Source: Octopus sinensis
Lineage: Eukaryota
Length of the DNA stretch: 64,000 nt
Direction: 5' to 3'
Assembly (NCBI RefSeq): GCF_006345805.1
Contig: NC_043007.1
Span: 77,252,001-77,316,000, forward strand
Every line of letters begins with the position of its first letter. The first letter of the stretch is position 1. Position numbers and translations under genes: made by a program. A model generated the notes under the pieces. That model was not told the origin of the DNA and ran no database searches. It worked only from the letters and a program-made list of their open reading frames with translations. This document shows positions 1-12,623 of this stretch, one piece after another.

Positions 1-16
1 GATAATAATAATAATG

Positions 17-65
<49 letters not shown>

Positions 66-73
66 TGATGATG

Positions 74-120
<47 letters not shown>

Positions 121-150
121 GATGATGATAATGATGATGATGATGATAAT
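1..150. repeat. (AAT)n/(GAT)n microsatellite
   Basis: Direct reading of trinucleotide runs. Confidence 0.95.
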
Positions 151-375
151 AATGGTAAAGATTTGGGGACTAAAGGGGGGGTAGCGTGGGGAGGGGGATC
201 AGGAGTATAATAAATGGATATAACGCAGATTCTAAGAAAGTTTCAGTCGATTATATCATCATCATCATCATCATCGTCGTCGTCGTCGTCATCGTTCTAA
301 TATTTCCCCCTCTTCCTCCTCCATTTCCCTATCATCATCATCATCATTAATGTAAAGATACATATCAAAAATAAT

Positions 376-381
376 TGTACT

Positions 382-435
<54 letters not shown>

Positions 436-640
436 TACTTCTACTGCTGCTGATTCTGCTATTACTGTTGTTGTTGTTGTTGAGATGCTGTTGGTGTTAT
501 CATCATCATTACCACCTCACCACCACCATCATCATTATCATCATCAACAACAACGCCGCCATTATTTTGTTGCTACTGGTAGTGTTTCTAGTGGTGATGG
601 TGGTGGTGTTGGTGGTGGTGGTGGTGGTGTTGGTGATGGT
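376..640. repeat. Compound trinucleotide microsatellite (CTA/CTG/TTG/CAT/CAC/GGT)
   Basis: Direct reading; produces the spurious poly-Leu/poly-Val ORF 375..710. Confidence 0.9.
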
Positions 641-1278
641 GGTGGTCTACTCAGCTTTTGTCGTCGTCATCGTAGTCCTGGGGCATTGTGGATGCTGTTG
701 TAAACCCTGATATTGTTGTTGTTATTTCTTGTCATCTTTCCCCCACCCCACTCCCTACCACTACCACCCCGCCATTTCCCCGGTCCCTAAACATATCTAA
801 GGATGAGCCAGAAAGTCCACTACAACAAAACAGAATCTGCCATATCCCTTCATTTATTTATTCCTATTTTTAAAACTATTTCATCTATATGTTTTAAAAT
901 TCTTTTAGTTGTGGCAAAATATTAAATAGAAATATTTCAATTGCTTTTATTCACATAAAACTTAGAATCTCTGAGGTAATATTTTCCATACATAACTTCA
1001 AGACAAGTTTGTGCTTTTCTTTATTTTTGTAACTTAAACCTTTTCTGCTGACATCGAAGGATTCCTAACTTTTTAACGATATTGGTATAATTGAGACAAA
1101 CTGGCTCCACATACTAATTGTGCGATAGCAGGTTGTGTTTTAGACAACTGTTTCTGTGTATGGACTACCTTGTGTAATCTGCTACCTGCATAAGTTTTCA
1201 TTAAATAGAAGCTAGTTCAATGAGTGTGAATTGAGCGTTTGGGGAATCGTGATTGATATTTCGAAACCCACTTGCAGG

Positions 1279-1832
1279 TTTTCTACTCCAGGCACAAGGC
1301 CCGAAATTTTGGAGGAAGGGGCAGTCGATTAGATCGACACCAGTGCGTAACTGGTAGTTAATTTATCGACTCCGAAAGGATGAAAAGCAAAGTCGACCTC
1401 AGCAGAATTTGAACTCAGAACACAAAGACAGACGAAATACCTATTTCTTTACTACTCACAATGGGCTAAACGCAGAGGGGACAAACAAGGACAGACAAAC
1501 GGGTTAAGTCAATTATATCGACCCCAGTGCGTTACTGGTACTTAATTTATCGATCCCGAAAAGATGAAAGGCAAAGTCGACCTCGGCGGAATTTGAACTC
1601 AGAACGTAGCGGCAGACGAAATGCCAATTTCTTTACTACCCACAAGGGGATAAACACAGAGAGGACAAAACAAGGACAGAAAAACGGATTAATTCGATTA
1701 CATCGATCCCAGTGCGTAACTGGTACTTAACTTATCGACCTCGGCGGAATTTGAACTCAGAACGTAGCGGCAGACGAAATACTGCTATGCATTTCACCCG
1801 GCGTGCTAACGTTTCTGACAGCTCGCCGCCTT
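1279..1832 (-). mobile_element. SINE-B multimer: head + two ~184-bp units + terminal unit with short tail
   Basis: Minus strand reads GGCGGCGAGCTGTCAGAAACGTTAGCAC head, then three repeats of GTTCTGAGTTCAAATTC(C/T)GC(C/T)GAGGTCGA...AAGTACCAGT. Same architecture at 2704, 29226, 44060 and 60199. Confidence 0.85.
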
Positions 1833-1992
1833 TTCAGTCGCAGCTATTTCATTACACGCAGTTAATCAATATTTTTTAACTTTAGTACATCGGTCTCACA
1901 CCTTGAAGGATATTTTAACTTATCGGTACCGAAATAATCAAATGTAAAAGTGGTTCTTGGAAGAACTCAATAATAAGAAAAAACAACAACAG

Positions 1993-2200
1993 TTTCAAAT
2001 TTTGGCACAGGGCCGGCAATTTTGGGTGAAAGGGTAAGCCGGTTACATCGATTCCAGTACTCAACTGGTACTCATTTCATCGAACCGGAAAATATGAAAA
2101 ACGAAGTCGACCTCGGTGGAATTTGAACTCGGAACGTAAAGACGGACAAAATACCGATAAACATTTTGCCTGCTCGAGATACTACCAGCTCACCATCTTG
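1993..2200 (-). mobile_element. SINE-B monomer, diverged
   Basis: GTCGACCTCGGTGGAATTTGAACTC core and TTTCAAATTTTGGCACAGGGCC tail homologous to other copies. Confidence 0.7.
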
Positions 2201-2206
2201 ATAATG

Positions 2207-2511
2207 TTTGTTCTTTCTCGAGCCACGCCTGGCTCATAAAGGCCGGTTTCCCGGTTTCTTTAGCGTATAGGTAGGTTCCCCACCTGGACGGGACGCCAGT
2301 CAGTCGCAGGTGAGCTACAAGATGCAGGAGGAAAGAGTGAGAGAAAGTTGTGGCGAAAGAATCTGCAGGAGTTCGCCATTACCTTCTGCCGGAGCCGCGT
2401 GGAGCTTAGGTGTTTCGCTCATAAACACACACATCGCCCGGTCTGAGATTCGAACCTGCGATCCCTCGACTGCGAGTCCGCTGCTCTAACCACTAGGCCA
2501 TGTGCCTCCAC
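2207..2511 (-). mobile_element. SINE-V: tRNA-like head + V-domain-like 3' part
   Basis: Minus strand GTGGAGGCACATGGCCTAGTGGTTAGAGCAGCGGACTCGCAGTC (A box), GGTTCGAATCTC (B box), then GACTGGCGTCCCGTCCAGG and GAAACCGGGAAACCGG. Possibly the described octopus OR2 family (not verified). Confidence 0.75.
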
Positions 2512-2703
2512 CGTCTTAATAATAATCCTTGCAAATACATGCACAAGGCTTGCAATTTGTGGGATCGGGGAATAGTTGATCACATCGAACCCAGTACATC
2601 TCGAAAGGATGAAAGGTGAAGTCGACCACGGACGAAATGCCGCTAAGCTCTCTGCCAGCTCGCCGCCTTAATAATAATAATGATGATGATTTCAAATTAA
2701 GTT

Positions 2704-3290
2704 AAGGCGGCGAGCTGGCAGAAACGTTAGCACGCCGGGCGAAATGCGTAGCCGTATTTCGTCTGCCGTTACGTTCTAAGTTCAAATTCCGCCGAGGTCG
2801 ACTTTGCCTTTCATCCTTTCGGGGTCGATAAATTAAATACTAGTTACGCACTGGGGTCGATGTAATCAACTTAATCTGTTTGTCTGTCCTTGTTTGTCCC
2901 TTCTGTGTTTAGCCCCTTGTGGGTAGTAAAGAATATTTCGTCTGCCGCTACGTTCTGAGTTCAAATTCTGCCGAGGTCGACTTTGCCTTTCATCATTTCG
3001 AGGTCGATTAAATAAGTTCCAGTTACGCACTGGGGTCCATATAATCGACTTAATCCGTTTGTCTGTCCTTGTTTGTCCTCTCAGTGTTTATCCCCTTGTG
3101 GGCAGTAAAGAAATGGGTACTTAGTCTATCTTCATGTTCTGAGTTGAAATTCTGCCGAGGTCGATTTTGCATTTCATCCTTTCGGGGTCGATAAATTAAG
3201 TACCAGTGAAACACTGGGGTCGATGTAATCGACTAGACCACTCGTCCAAAATTTCAGGTTTTGTGCCTATTGAAGAAAGGATTATTATTA
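2704..3290 (+). mobile_element. SINE-B multimer (head + 2 long units + terminal unit)
   Basis: AAGGCGGCGAGCTGGCAGAAACGTTAGCACGCCGGGCG head; three cores; ends in AAAATTTCAGGTTTTGTGCC...GATTATTATT. Confidence 0.85.
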
Positions 3291-3298
3291 CTCTTAAT

Positions 3299-3815
3299 TA
3301 AGGCGGCGAACTGGCAAAATCGTTAGCATGCCGGGCTAAATACTTAGCGGTATTTGCCCGTCGCTACGTTCTGAGTTCAATACATCCCCTCCTCCAAAAT
3401 GTTGACCTTGAGGCAAAATTTGAAACCATTATTACTACTATTATTTCAAGCGGTGAGTTGACAGAATCGTTAGCATGCCGGACGAAATGTTTAACGACAT
3501 TTTGCCCGTCGCTCCGTTCTGTGTTCAAATTCCGCCAGGTCGACTTTGCCCTTTATTCTTTCGGGGTCGATAAATTAAGTACCAGTTGAACACTAAAGCC
3601 AATGTAGTCGTTGTTACATTCTGAATTCAACACATCACCTCCTCAAAAATGCTGCCCTTGTGGCAAAATTTGAAACCATTATTATTCCTATTAGTGAAAG
3701 CAACGAGCTGACAGAACCGTTAGTGCTCCGGACAAAATGCTTAGTGGAATTTCAACCGTATTTACGGCCTCCTCCAAAATTTCAGACCCTGTGCATATAA
3801 TAGAAAGGATCATCA
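3299..3815 (+). mobile_element. Three decayed/deleted SINE-B monomers in series
   Basis: Heads at about 3300, 3450 and 3705 (GGCGGCGAACTGGCA, GCGGTGAGTTGACAGAATCG, GAGCTGACAGAACCG), each followed by core or tail remnants and (TAT)n. Confidence 0.65.
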
Positions 3816-4061
3816 TCAGCAGCAGCATCAGTATTGTTAATAACAGCAGCCATTCAAGAATTTGGACCTGGAGATCTCCATTTCCAGCGACTTCGAGGGC
3901 CACCTCCTAGTGGTGTCTAACGTCAACGAAGAGCCCTCGACTACAACAAGACGACCAAAGTTCTTTTTTTCCAAGGTCTGAGGTCTTCTGCCTCTAAGCC
4001 CTAGACTATCACCTAATCACCCTTACCCATCTTAACAACAACAACAACAGCAGCAGCAGCC

Positions 4062-4110
<49 letters not shown>

Positions 4111-4692
4111 CAGCAGTGGTAGTAGTACATTTCTGCGGCCCCTAAACTGACAAGTTAGTAACAATAATAATACTGATATATTAGTGTCAGCTGTAGATGT
4201 AAAAAAAATGTTGAAAATAAATAAAAGTGAGACCAACAGGTGTAGCGAATGTTTTATCTCTAAAGGGAAATTAGTCTTGGTTGGCAGCAAAAAGTGTAAC
4301 GTAGAAAGAATTTGGAAGTGTATAAGAATTCTGCAGAAATGTCCATGGTTTGTTTCTTTTAGAAGATTTCGTTTTCGTATGTTTCTGAAACGAAATGTTC
4401 TGAATTCCAAATTATTTATTTTACTTAAAAACTTTAATGGTAAACATGAATTTAGATGAAATGTTTTATGTTTTTCTCACAAAGATTGCCAGCTGTCTAC
4501 AGAACACCTGCCAAAATATCATTTGAATTGAAGCAACTTCCTTTTTTTTACGTTCCCAGTTCGCTTACTACAATAGCCTGCTGTAAGTTTTTCAATCTCG
4601 AGGGGTTCTATAAAAACTATTTGATTGTCATGTCGGCTGCCAAGATGGTTGGATTTCTCTTCTATGCTCGCAAAGTTCTTACACCTCTCTCT

Positions 4693-5080
4693 GTGGAGGC
4701 GCAATGGCCCAGTGGTTAGGGCAGCGGACTCGCGGTCATAGGATCGCGGTTTCGATTCCCAGACCAGGCGTTGTGAGTGTTTATTGAGCGAAAACACCTA
4801 AAGCTCCACGAGGCTCCGGCAGAGGATGGTGGTGATCCCTGCTGTACTCTTTCACCACAACTTTCTCTCACTCTTACTTCCTGTTTCTGTTGTACCTGTA
4901 TTTCAAAGGGCCGGCCTTGTCACTCTCTGTGTCACGCTGAATATCCCCGAGAACTACGTTAAGGGTACACATGTCTGTGGAGTGCTCAGCCACTTACACG
5001 TTAATTTCACGAGCAGGCTGTTCCGTTGATTCGGATCAACCGGAACCCTCGTCATCGTAACCGACGGAGTGCTTCCATCC
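4693..5080 (+). mobile_element. SINE-A, full length, tRNA-Arg-like head, 12-bp TSD
   Basis: A box TGGCCCAGTGG 4705-4715; B-box-like GTTTCGATTCC 4749-4759; TSD ACACCTCTCTCT at 4681-4692 and 5081-5092. Length (~390 bp) fits the octopus OR1 family from memory. Confidence 0.9.
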
Positions 5081-5339
5081 ACACCTCTCTCTATAAGGCC
5101 ACCATTCATCCTTGCGTTGAATATTGGTTTCAAATTTTGGCACAAGGCCAGCAGTTTCGAGGAAGGGGCTAATTCGATTACATCGACCCCAAATAATCGG
5201 GACACTCAAGCAAACGGTACTGAGAAACACTGTAAAAGACTGTTCTTAATGTATCAGGAGAATTTGTATTAATTCTCCTTAAAATAAAGAAACTTTCTAC
5301 TTTATCTGAAATAGATCATTACTTCTCAAAATACAATAC

Positions 5340-5545
5340 CCAGCTAGCAGAATCGTTAATATGTTTGACAAAATGCTTAGTGGTATTTAGTTCGTCTCTA
5401 GGTCCTGAGTTCGAATTCCGCCGGTGTAGACTTGACCTTTAATTTTTCAAATACCCAGTCGAGTACTTTTTTGATGTAATCGACTAGGTGCCGCTCCTAA
5501 AATATTTCAGGCCCTGTGTGTGTTGTAGAAAGAATTATTTTATTT
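5340..5545 (+). mobile_element. SINE-B monomer, decayed
   Basis: CAGCTAGCAGAATCGTTA head remnant, GAGTTCGAATTCCGCCGG, tail AAATATTTCAGGCCCTGTG. Confidence 0.6.
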
Positions 5546-5594
5546 TACTGCATTTAGAGTACCTATGGTTCATTATCTTCTATCTTTTCTCTTT

Positions 5595-5716
5595 TTATCA
5601 TTTACTTGTTTCAGTCATTAGACTGTGGACCATAGTGGTGCATCGCCTTGAGTTTTAGTCAAAGGAATCGATCCCCAGGACTTATACATATACATATACA
5701 TATATATATATATATA

Positions 5717-5762
<46 letters not shown>

Positions 5763-6021
5763 TTATATATATATATATAATATATATATAACACACACAT
5801 ATATAGCTAGCTAGTAGGTTAGATAGCACACACACACCCATGTATATTATATATAATATATACGACGGGTTTCAGTTACGGGTTACCGAATCGATCATGG
5901 GGTTTTAGTGGATCCAAAGGTTTAATAGAACGCACTAGTCCTGGGTACCACACAGTGGCGCTGATTTCGGAACCATACTGCTGGAAAGCAAACTTCTTAC
6001 CACACAGCCATGCCTGCGCCT
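5595..6021 (-). mobile_element. SINE-D, diverged, with expanded central (TA)n
   Basis: CCACACAGCCATGCCTGCGCC head (rc) and TTTACTTGTTTCAGTCATTAGACTG tail (rc). Confidence 0.7.
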
Positions 6022-6117
6022 ATATCAGGTTAATGAAACTTGTTCTTTATTTAAATTATACCCTTAATTCTTCCTATTTCTCTCATTTTTACTATATTCA
6101 GAATATTAATAATGATA

Positions 6118-6344
6118 GTCTTTTCTACTCTAGGCACAAGGCCCGAAATTTTTGAGGGAGGGGGCCAGTCGATTAGATCGACCCCAGCACGCCACTGGTA
6201 CTTAATTTATCGACCCCGAAAGGATGAAAGGCAAAGTCGACCTCGGCGGAATTTGAACTCAGAACGTAGCGACGGGCGAAATACCGCGAAGCATTTCGCC
6301 CGGGGTGCTAACGTCTCTGCCAGCTCGCCGCCTTTAGCCGCCTT
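6118..6344 (-). mobile_element. SINE-B monomer with probable 15-bp TSD
   Basis: Well-preserved head/core/short tail; flanks ATATTAATAATGATA (6103-6117) and ATATTAATGATGATA (6345-6359), one mismatch. Confidence 0.85.
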
Positions 6345-6715
6345 ATATTAATGATGATACTGATTTATAAAGGTGGGGTTAATGAGTTTTTAAAGTATTG
6401 TCGTAACGTAAAATCCGATGATCAGATTTCCGGGAATTTAGTTATCAGGCACGTACGTCCCAGTGCTGCAGGAGTTTATTGTATTGAGCAATACTGGAAG
6501 AAATACTATAAAAGGGTATACAGCACAATGGTTTCGAATCTTCATGGTGACTGCTTAACTTCATTCACATTTAAACTGGAATAGGGGGAAGTGTCGGGCA
6601 AAGAAAACGATCAAGCGATTCGGCCCCCTTCTCCATGAGTCAAAACCGAATCCATCAGACATTATGACACGCTATGTATTACATATATAGCTATACAGAC
6701 ACAGAGGCACCGCAG

Positions 6716-6786
<71 letters not shown>

Positions 6787-7028
6787 CACACACAGACACA
6801 CACAACAACATAGACACACGCGTTCACACACATACGTATTCAAACGCTCACAAGCACTCACGTTCAAACTTCAACATATATACATATCTCCCCATCTCCC
6901 TCTCTCTCCTCTCTCTCTCTCTCTCTTCCATATCTCTCTCTCTCGTATATATATATATATATATCTATATATATTTGTATGTATAACTGCTTATGTGCAT
7001 ATGAATACACATTAATATGTATGTAATG

Positions 7029-7068
<40 letters not shown>

Positions 7069-7202
7069 TATATATATTATATATATATATATAATATATT
7101 TGTATGTATAACTGCTTGTGTGCATATAACACACATTCATATGTATGTATGTTATAATATATATAGATATATATATACACACACACACACATACATGTAT
7201 AT

Positions 7203-7497
7203 GTGAAGGCACGTGGCATAGTGGTTAAGTTACCGCACTCACGATCACCAGATCTTATGTTTCCTGGACCGCGCTGGCCGTTTTGTTCTTGAGCAAAACA
7301 CACCATTTCTCATTGCTCCAATCTACTCAAATGAAAATAGGCAATCGTACAGGAAGTAAACTTTCCGATCAGGGAGAAAGTTGACCTGCTACCTTTGCCA
7401 GCGGGTTGGCGTTCTCCGAAAACTAAATCAAAAATCGGATTATGACCAGCGATGTATAACAACATCCACTATCTTGGTCGATCACGTGATCACGTCA
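7203..7497 (+). mobile_element. SINE-E (tRNA-like head, CTTGAGCAA core, TGACCAGCGATG...CACGTGATCACGT tail)
   Basis: GTGAAGGCACGTGGCATAGTGGTTAAG head; same tail at 30650-30790 and 61540-61660. Confidence 0.65.
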
Positions 7498-7544
7498 TAA
7501 AAGCAAATGTCTATATATATAGTATATTATATATATATATATAT

Positions 7545-7584
<40 letters not shown>

Positions 7585-7592
7585 AGTGAATG

Positions 7593-7670
7593 GTGTGGAG
7601 GCACCACAATGACCCAGTGGTTAGGGTAGCGGACTCGCGGACGTAGGATCGCGGTTTCGATTCTCAGACC
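7593..7670 (+). mobile_element. SINE-A head truncated by assembly gap
   Basis: GTGTGGAGGCACCACAATGACCCAGTGGTTAGGGTAGCGGACTCGCGG runs into Ns. Confidence 0.8.
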
Positions 7671-7770
7671 NNNNNNNNNNNNNNNNNNNNNNNNNNNNNN
7701 NNNNNNNNNNNNNNNNNNNNNNNNNNNNNNNNNNNNNNNNNNNNNNNNNNNNNNNNNNNNNNNNNNNNNN
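7671..7770. other. Assembly gap (100 N)
   Basis: Direct reading. Confidence 1.
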
Positions 7771-8186
7771 GCGGTTTTTGCTTGTTTTTCTAGAATCCGT
7801 TTTCATGAAAACATTCTTAGTTTTATTAATGACAAATTCAATGAAAAATTCTTTGAAAAAACCCAAATCCATAGAATTGCAGAGAAAGAGAGAGAGAAAG
7901 GGGGGGAGAAAGGGGAGAGGGAGAGTGAGGGTGGGAGCAAGAGAGAAAGGAAGTTAGAAAAATGCTGTTTTCGAATGAGAGTTATTAAGATTTTTAATGT
8001 TCCAAAGATATTGAAGAGAGCCACCCTCCACCATCACGCAAGATTGTTTAATTATCGAAAAATTACTAATTAAAAGCTAAGAGACCTTAACAAAAATAGC
8101 TTCCTGGTCAATATGTGTAGTGTGTGTGTGTGTTACATGTATGTATAGGGTGGTGGTGATGGTGGAGCTCAGTAAGTATATAAGCT

Positions 8187-8301
8187 GTTAGCGTTTAAAC
8201 GGGTCATAACCGACCCAAATATTCAATCAGTTTTATCGACCAGATCCAGACTTTCACACCTATTCTACATTTGACAGAGTAATCTGAATGTTAAAGGGTT
8301 A
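8187..8301. mobile_element. Possible piggyBac-like MITE remnant
   Basis: Right end GAATGTTAAAGGG followed by TTAA; left end only weakly complementary (TTAGCGTTT). Confidence 0.3.
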
Positions 8302-8675
8302 AATGTACAACAAAGAAATATCTTCCCCGAAATATATGTGTTCAACTCATGCATATATCTAATTCCTTTGGCTGCTGAAGTTAGGACGATGGTCGTGTTG
8401 ATGACGTTTATTGAGGCAGAAACGAGTGTCGTTTTATTTCCAGACAATAAATCTGGCCTTTTCTTTAAGTGACATGTCATTTTTGTAGTATTTTTGATTC
8501 TTGAGATATCCTCTTCTCGCATGAACTGGTCCTAACTGCCGGTAGGTAATTATGATATATTCCGCAGAGGTGGAGATAATTCTGATAAATCAACAATTTA
8601 TGCTGTATGATATTCAATACACCTGTATTTGTCCTCGCACGCGCACACACACATACACGTGCACGCATATATATA

Positions 8676-8710
<35 letters not shown>

Positions 8711-8784
8711 TGTGTGTGTGTGTGTGCATACACAAATTTACGGATACAGCTAGGCACAACAACAACTCAACATACAAAGCCACC

Positions 8785-9168
8785 TGCTCCAGTTCACTCA
8801 GCTGTAGAAATGAGTTGTGACGTCACTGGTGCCAAGCTCTATCGACCTTTGCCTTTCATTCGGACAACAAACATTGGTGGCATGGAGAGGGAAGACTGGT
8901 ATGCATGCGCAACTGCTGATTTTTCACAAACAACCTTGCTCGGACTTGTGCCTCAGAGGCGAACTTTCTAGGAGCAATCCCATGGACATTCATAACTGAG
9001 TTGTGGGGGAGGGGGTTCACCCTATATACATATAATGGTATGGAAAGGAGACGCTGGTATTAATGGGCAACAGCTGGTCTTCCGTGAGCAACCATGCCCG
9101 GACTTGTGCTTCAGAAGGGAACTTTCTAGGTGCAATCCCATGGTCATTCGTGACCGAAGGAGGTCTTC
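8785..9168 (+). mobile_element. SINE-G 3' part, tail duplicated in tandem
   Basis: CTCCAGTTCACTCAGCTGTAGAAATGAG core, then two copies of CAACC(T/A)TGC(T/C)CGGACTTGTGC...AACTTTCTAGG(A/T)GCAATCCCATGG; homologous to 34061-34398 and 62783-63015. Confidence 0.7.
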
Positions 9169-10026
9169 ACTTTATCTTTACCATCCTTACCAACACCATC
9201 ATCATCAAGCACCATCACCACTGTCACCACCACCACCACCACACCACAACCACCACTACCACCACCACCACCACAACCACCACCACCACCACCATCACCA
9301 CCATCACTACCACCACCACTGCCGCCGCTACTGCCCGCCCTACTACCGATGCTGCCGATACCACCGTTACCGCCGCCTCCTTATTGGCCCCTACAACGGT
9401 ATGACAAGCGGTATTGGTTTGTTTACGTCCCAGTAACATAACAATTCGTCAAAACAAACTGATACAATAAGCATAGTCTTTTAAAGAATAAGCCATGGGA
9501 TCCAGTTGCTCGACTAAACTTTTCAAGGCGGTGCACCAGCATGGCCGCAGAGCAATGACTGAAACAATCAAGAGATAAAAGATAAAAGATTTATAGTTAC
9601 ACTAACGACATACTATTTCACACCGATCCACCCATGGCCACCCTACCATCCATTACCATCAAAATACATTTATGAAGTTTCTGTAGCAAGCACAATATGC
9701 TTTTGATCTCCATCATAGTTATAGCGGTTGTGCAAAGACTCACAGGAAAATTTTGATAACAGTATATCAATATTTAATTGCAATAAGCGGATGATTTTTT
9801 CATTTGCTTTGAATAACGAGTTTGAAACCCACTAATTTCGATAACAAAAACGTTTGGTAACATTACCCGTGCGTGAAAATGGGTTGCTTCTTGTATGTAT
9901 GTACGTATGTATGTATGTATGTATGTATGTATGTATGTATGTATGTATGTATGTATGTATGTATGTATGTATGTATGTATGTATGTATGTATGCATGTAT
10001 GTATGTATCTATGTATGCATGCATGT

Positions 10027-11747
10027 ACGTCTATTCTATTTTTTAATTATTATGAATCTTCCATTGGAGGAGGGAGCCGGTTGCCAACAAAGAGACAAGG
10101 CTCCATCTTTGGGATGAAGTTAACATGGACAAATTCACAGTTGGAACTTGAGAAAAGTCTTGCATATTTTTATTGTTCCACTCACAGATTGCACTTGTAA
10201 TGTACGAATTAGCCGGTCGATTTCTCTTTCTGAAAATCCCAGTTAATCCAGATTCTCCTTTAAGCAGTTACTGACAAAACCTAGTGCTCCAATTATTATT
10301 GGTATGAATGTGAATTCATAGTCTGGATATAGAAGCTGGAGGTTTCGAAGCACATGTCCATAGATATCCTGTTTTACTTAGATTTTCAAAGAGATATTTA
10401 TATCTTCATGGCAGCTGACCCTTATGACGGTACATACCTTTGTCACTCTGTCCCAAACAACAATAACCGGCCAGTTATGTTTACATTTGACAGAAGTTTT
10501 GGTGGGAATTTTCACCATTATTCCTTGAGTTGGTGTTTATGAATGTATTCCATAACAGAGGGATTTTCTAAGTTTATTTCAGGACAGTCTTTTTTGCGGA
10601 TGGTATTGTAAATTGTTTTCAGCGACAACGTCGTGCCAGATAGGGAGGTAGTAGCGTGACGAAATTTTAGGACAGCTGCTAATCACATGTGTAGTGTCTT
10701 CCACAGAAGCATGACATAGCCTACACATGCGGTTGCACCTTGAGATTACAAGAGCGTCACTGTCTCTCTTGTTTACCAGGTACTTTGTAGCAATCTCCTG
10801 TTCCCAGATTGCAAACGCATAGCCTTCAAAGTGTGATGTGATGTAGTGGTCTTGTGTCCAAGAGAGGCTGCGTTTCGTGTCAATTCTACTGTCTTCAAGC
10901 TTTCAGGCAACATACCCATGAATAGTCTTTTCTTGTATGCTGAGTTCTTTCCATCCAGGTCTTTTGGATAGAAATAGTCCAGCTGTTTTGGGGCTGTATA
11001 GGAGATCATCAGGAAGAGAGTGCTTCTTGAGGAGCTCACTACCAACCCGTACAGTGTTGCTCACTTCACTTTTCAGCACTACATTTATATATTCATTTTT
11101 GCTGCTGTTGTTCAACAGGTGCTGCCTGAGTGATACCGCGCGGCATTCGAGAGCCGGCTGCACTGATCTCAGGCCTCTACCACCTTCATTTCTTCTGCCT
11201 GACAACATCACTGTTTCTGAGGAAGTTCCCAGTTGTCTGTCAGGATTTTGCAGGTTTTGATATCTATGGAGTGGATTTCCTCTACAGACCATTCAAGTAT
11301 CTCAAATGTAAAATCAGCACTGGCACTGCAAATGTATTCACAGCACCTTCATATGATACATTTTCATCTATGCCTAGGTACTTGTAACATTCTTTCTATG
11401 AAATGGGGGAGATAGAGAGAATGTTGATGCATAGGTTTTGGGTTTGGGGGACTGACATTCCTCGTTCTATAACGAAATATGAACATTTCTTTTTGGCCAA
11501 ATTCTATGCCTGTATCAGCTGAAAATGTTGCTATTCATTCCATTTGTGTTTTGGGATTGTTAACACTTTTAGCATAAATCTTGAGGTCGTCTACAGAGAA
11601 ATAATGAGTTACATTGATATTTCTAGCAGTTGAAGATACTAGCATGTAACCATTTGTTTTCTGCAGTAGTAACGATAATGGATTCAGTGCCAAAATGAAA
11701 AGAAGTATAGAAAGACTATCTCTCTGGAATATTCCCTTTGAAATGCC
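10027..11747 (-). mobile_element. R4/Dong-like RLE-type non-LTR retrotransposon, 5'-truncated and decayed
   Basis: Minus-strand translation gives RT motifs GIFQRDSLSILLFILALNPLS and HYFSVDDLKIYAK (11535-11747), CCHC knuckle CRLCHASVEDTTHVISSC (about 10670-10725), and RLE region KHNWPVIVVWD...VSCHEDINI...YPDYEFTFIPIIIGALG (about 10260-10480); stops and frameshifts present. Confidence 0.85.
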
Positions 11748-12070
11748 GTATGTATGTATGTATGTATGTATGTATGTATGTTTGTATGTATGTATGTATG
11801 TATGTATGTATGTATGTATGTATGTATGTATGAATGTATGTATGTATGTATGCATGCATGCATGCTTGTATGTATGCATGCTTGTATGTATGTATGTATG
11901 TATGTATGTATGTATGTATGAATGTATGTATGTATGAATGTATGTATGTATGAATTATGTATGGTATGTATGTAGTATGTATGTATGTATGATGTATGTA
12001 TGATGCATGCATGCTTGATGTATGTATGTATGTATGTATGTATGTATGTATGTATGTATGTATGTATGAA
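11748..12070. repeat. (TGTA)n microsatellite
   Basis: Direct reading; the same repeat also at 9893-10026, 24500-24580, 41160-41620 and 57555-57720. Confidence 0.95.
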
Positions 12071-12180
12071 AGAATGCATGCATGTATGCACGTATATGTT
12101 TGTATGTTTATAACACATGTAACCACAATTTTTCATGGTGATTTAGTATACACACACACACACACAAACACACACACATA

Positions 12181-12577
12181 GGCGCAGGCGTGGCTATGTG
12201 ATAAGAAGTTTGCTTTCCAACCAAATGGTACCGGGTTCAGTACCACTGCGTGAATTCCTTAGACAAGTGTTTTCTACGATAGCTTTGAACCGACCAAAGC
12301 CTTTTGAGTGGTAGACGGAAACTGAAAGAATCCCGTATCACATATATATGTGTGTGTGTGTGTGTGTGTATTTGTGTTTGTCTTCCACTACCACTTGACA
12401 ACCGGTGCTGGTATGTTTACGTACCTGTAACGTAACGGTTCAGCAAAAGTGACCACTAGAATAGGTACCAAGTTTTAGAAAGATAAGTACTGGGGTAGAT
12501 TGATTCGACTGAAATTCTTGAAGGTAGAGTTCCAGCTTGGCCACAGTCAAATCACTGAAACAAGTGAATGACAAAGG
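12181..12577 (+). mobile_element. SINE-D, diverged full length
   Basis: GGCGCAGGCGTGGCTATGTG head, central (GT)n, tail ending CACTGAAACAAGT. Confidence 0.75.
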
Positions 12578-12623
12578 ACGTTTAAAATATAACACTTGTG
12601 TGCGCGTTTAATATATATATATA

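Noticed and set aside
4693-4770. tRNA-Arg-like sequence (and similar heads elsewhere)
   Set aside because: A and B boxes belong to SINE heads, continue into SINE bodies and are flanked by TSDs; no acceptor stem, so not tRNA genes.
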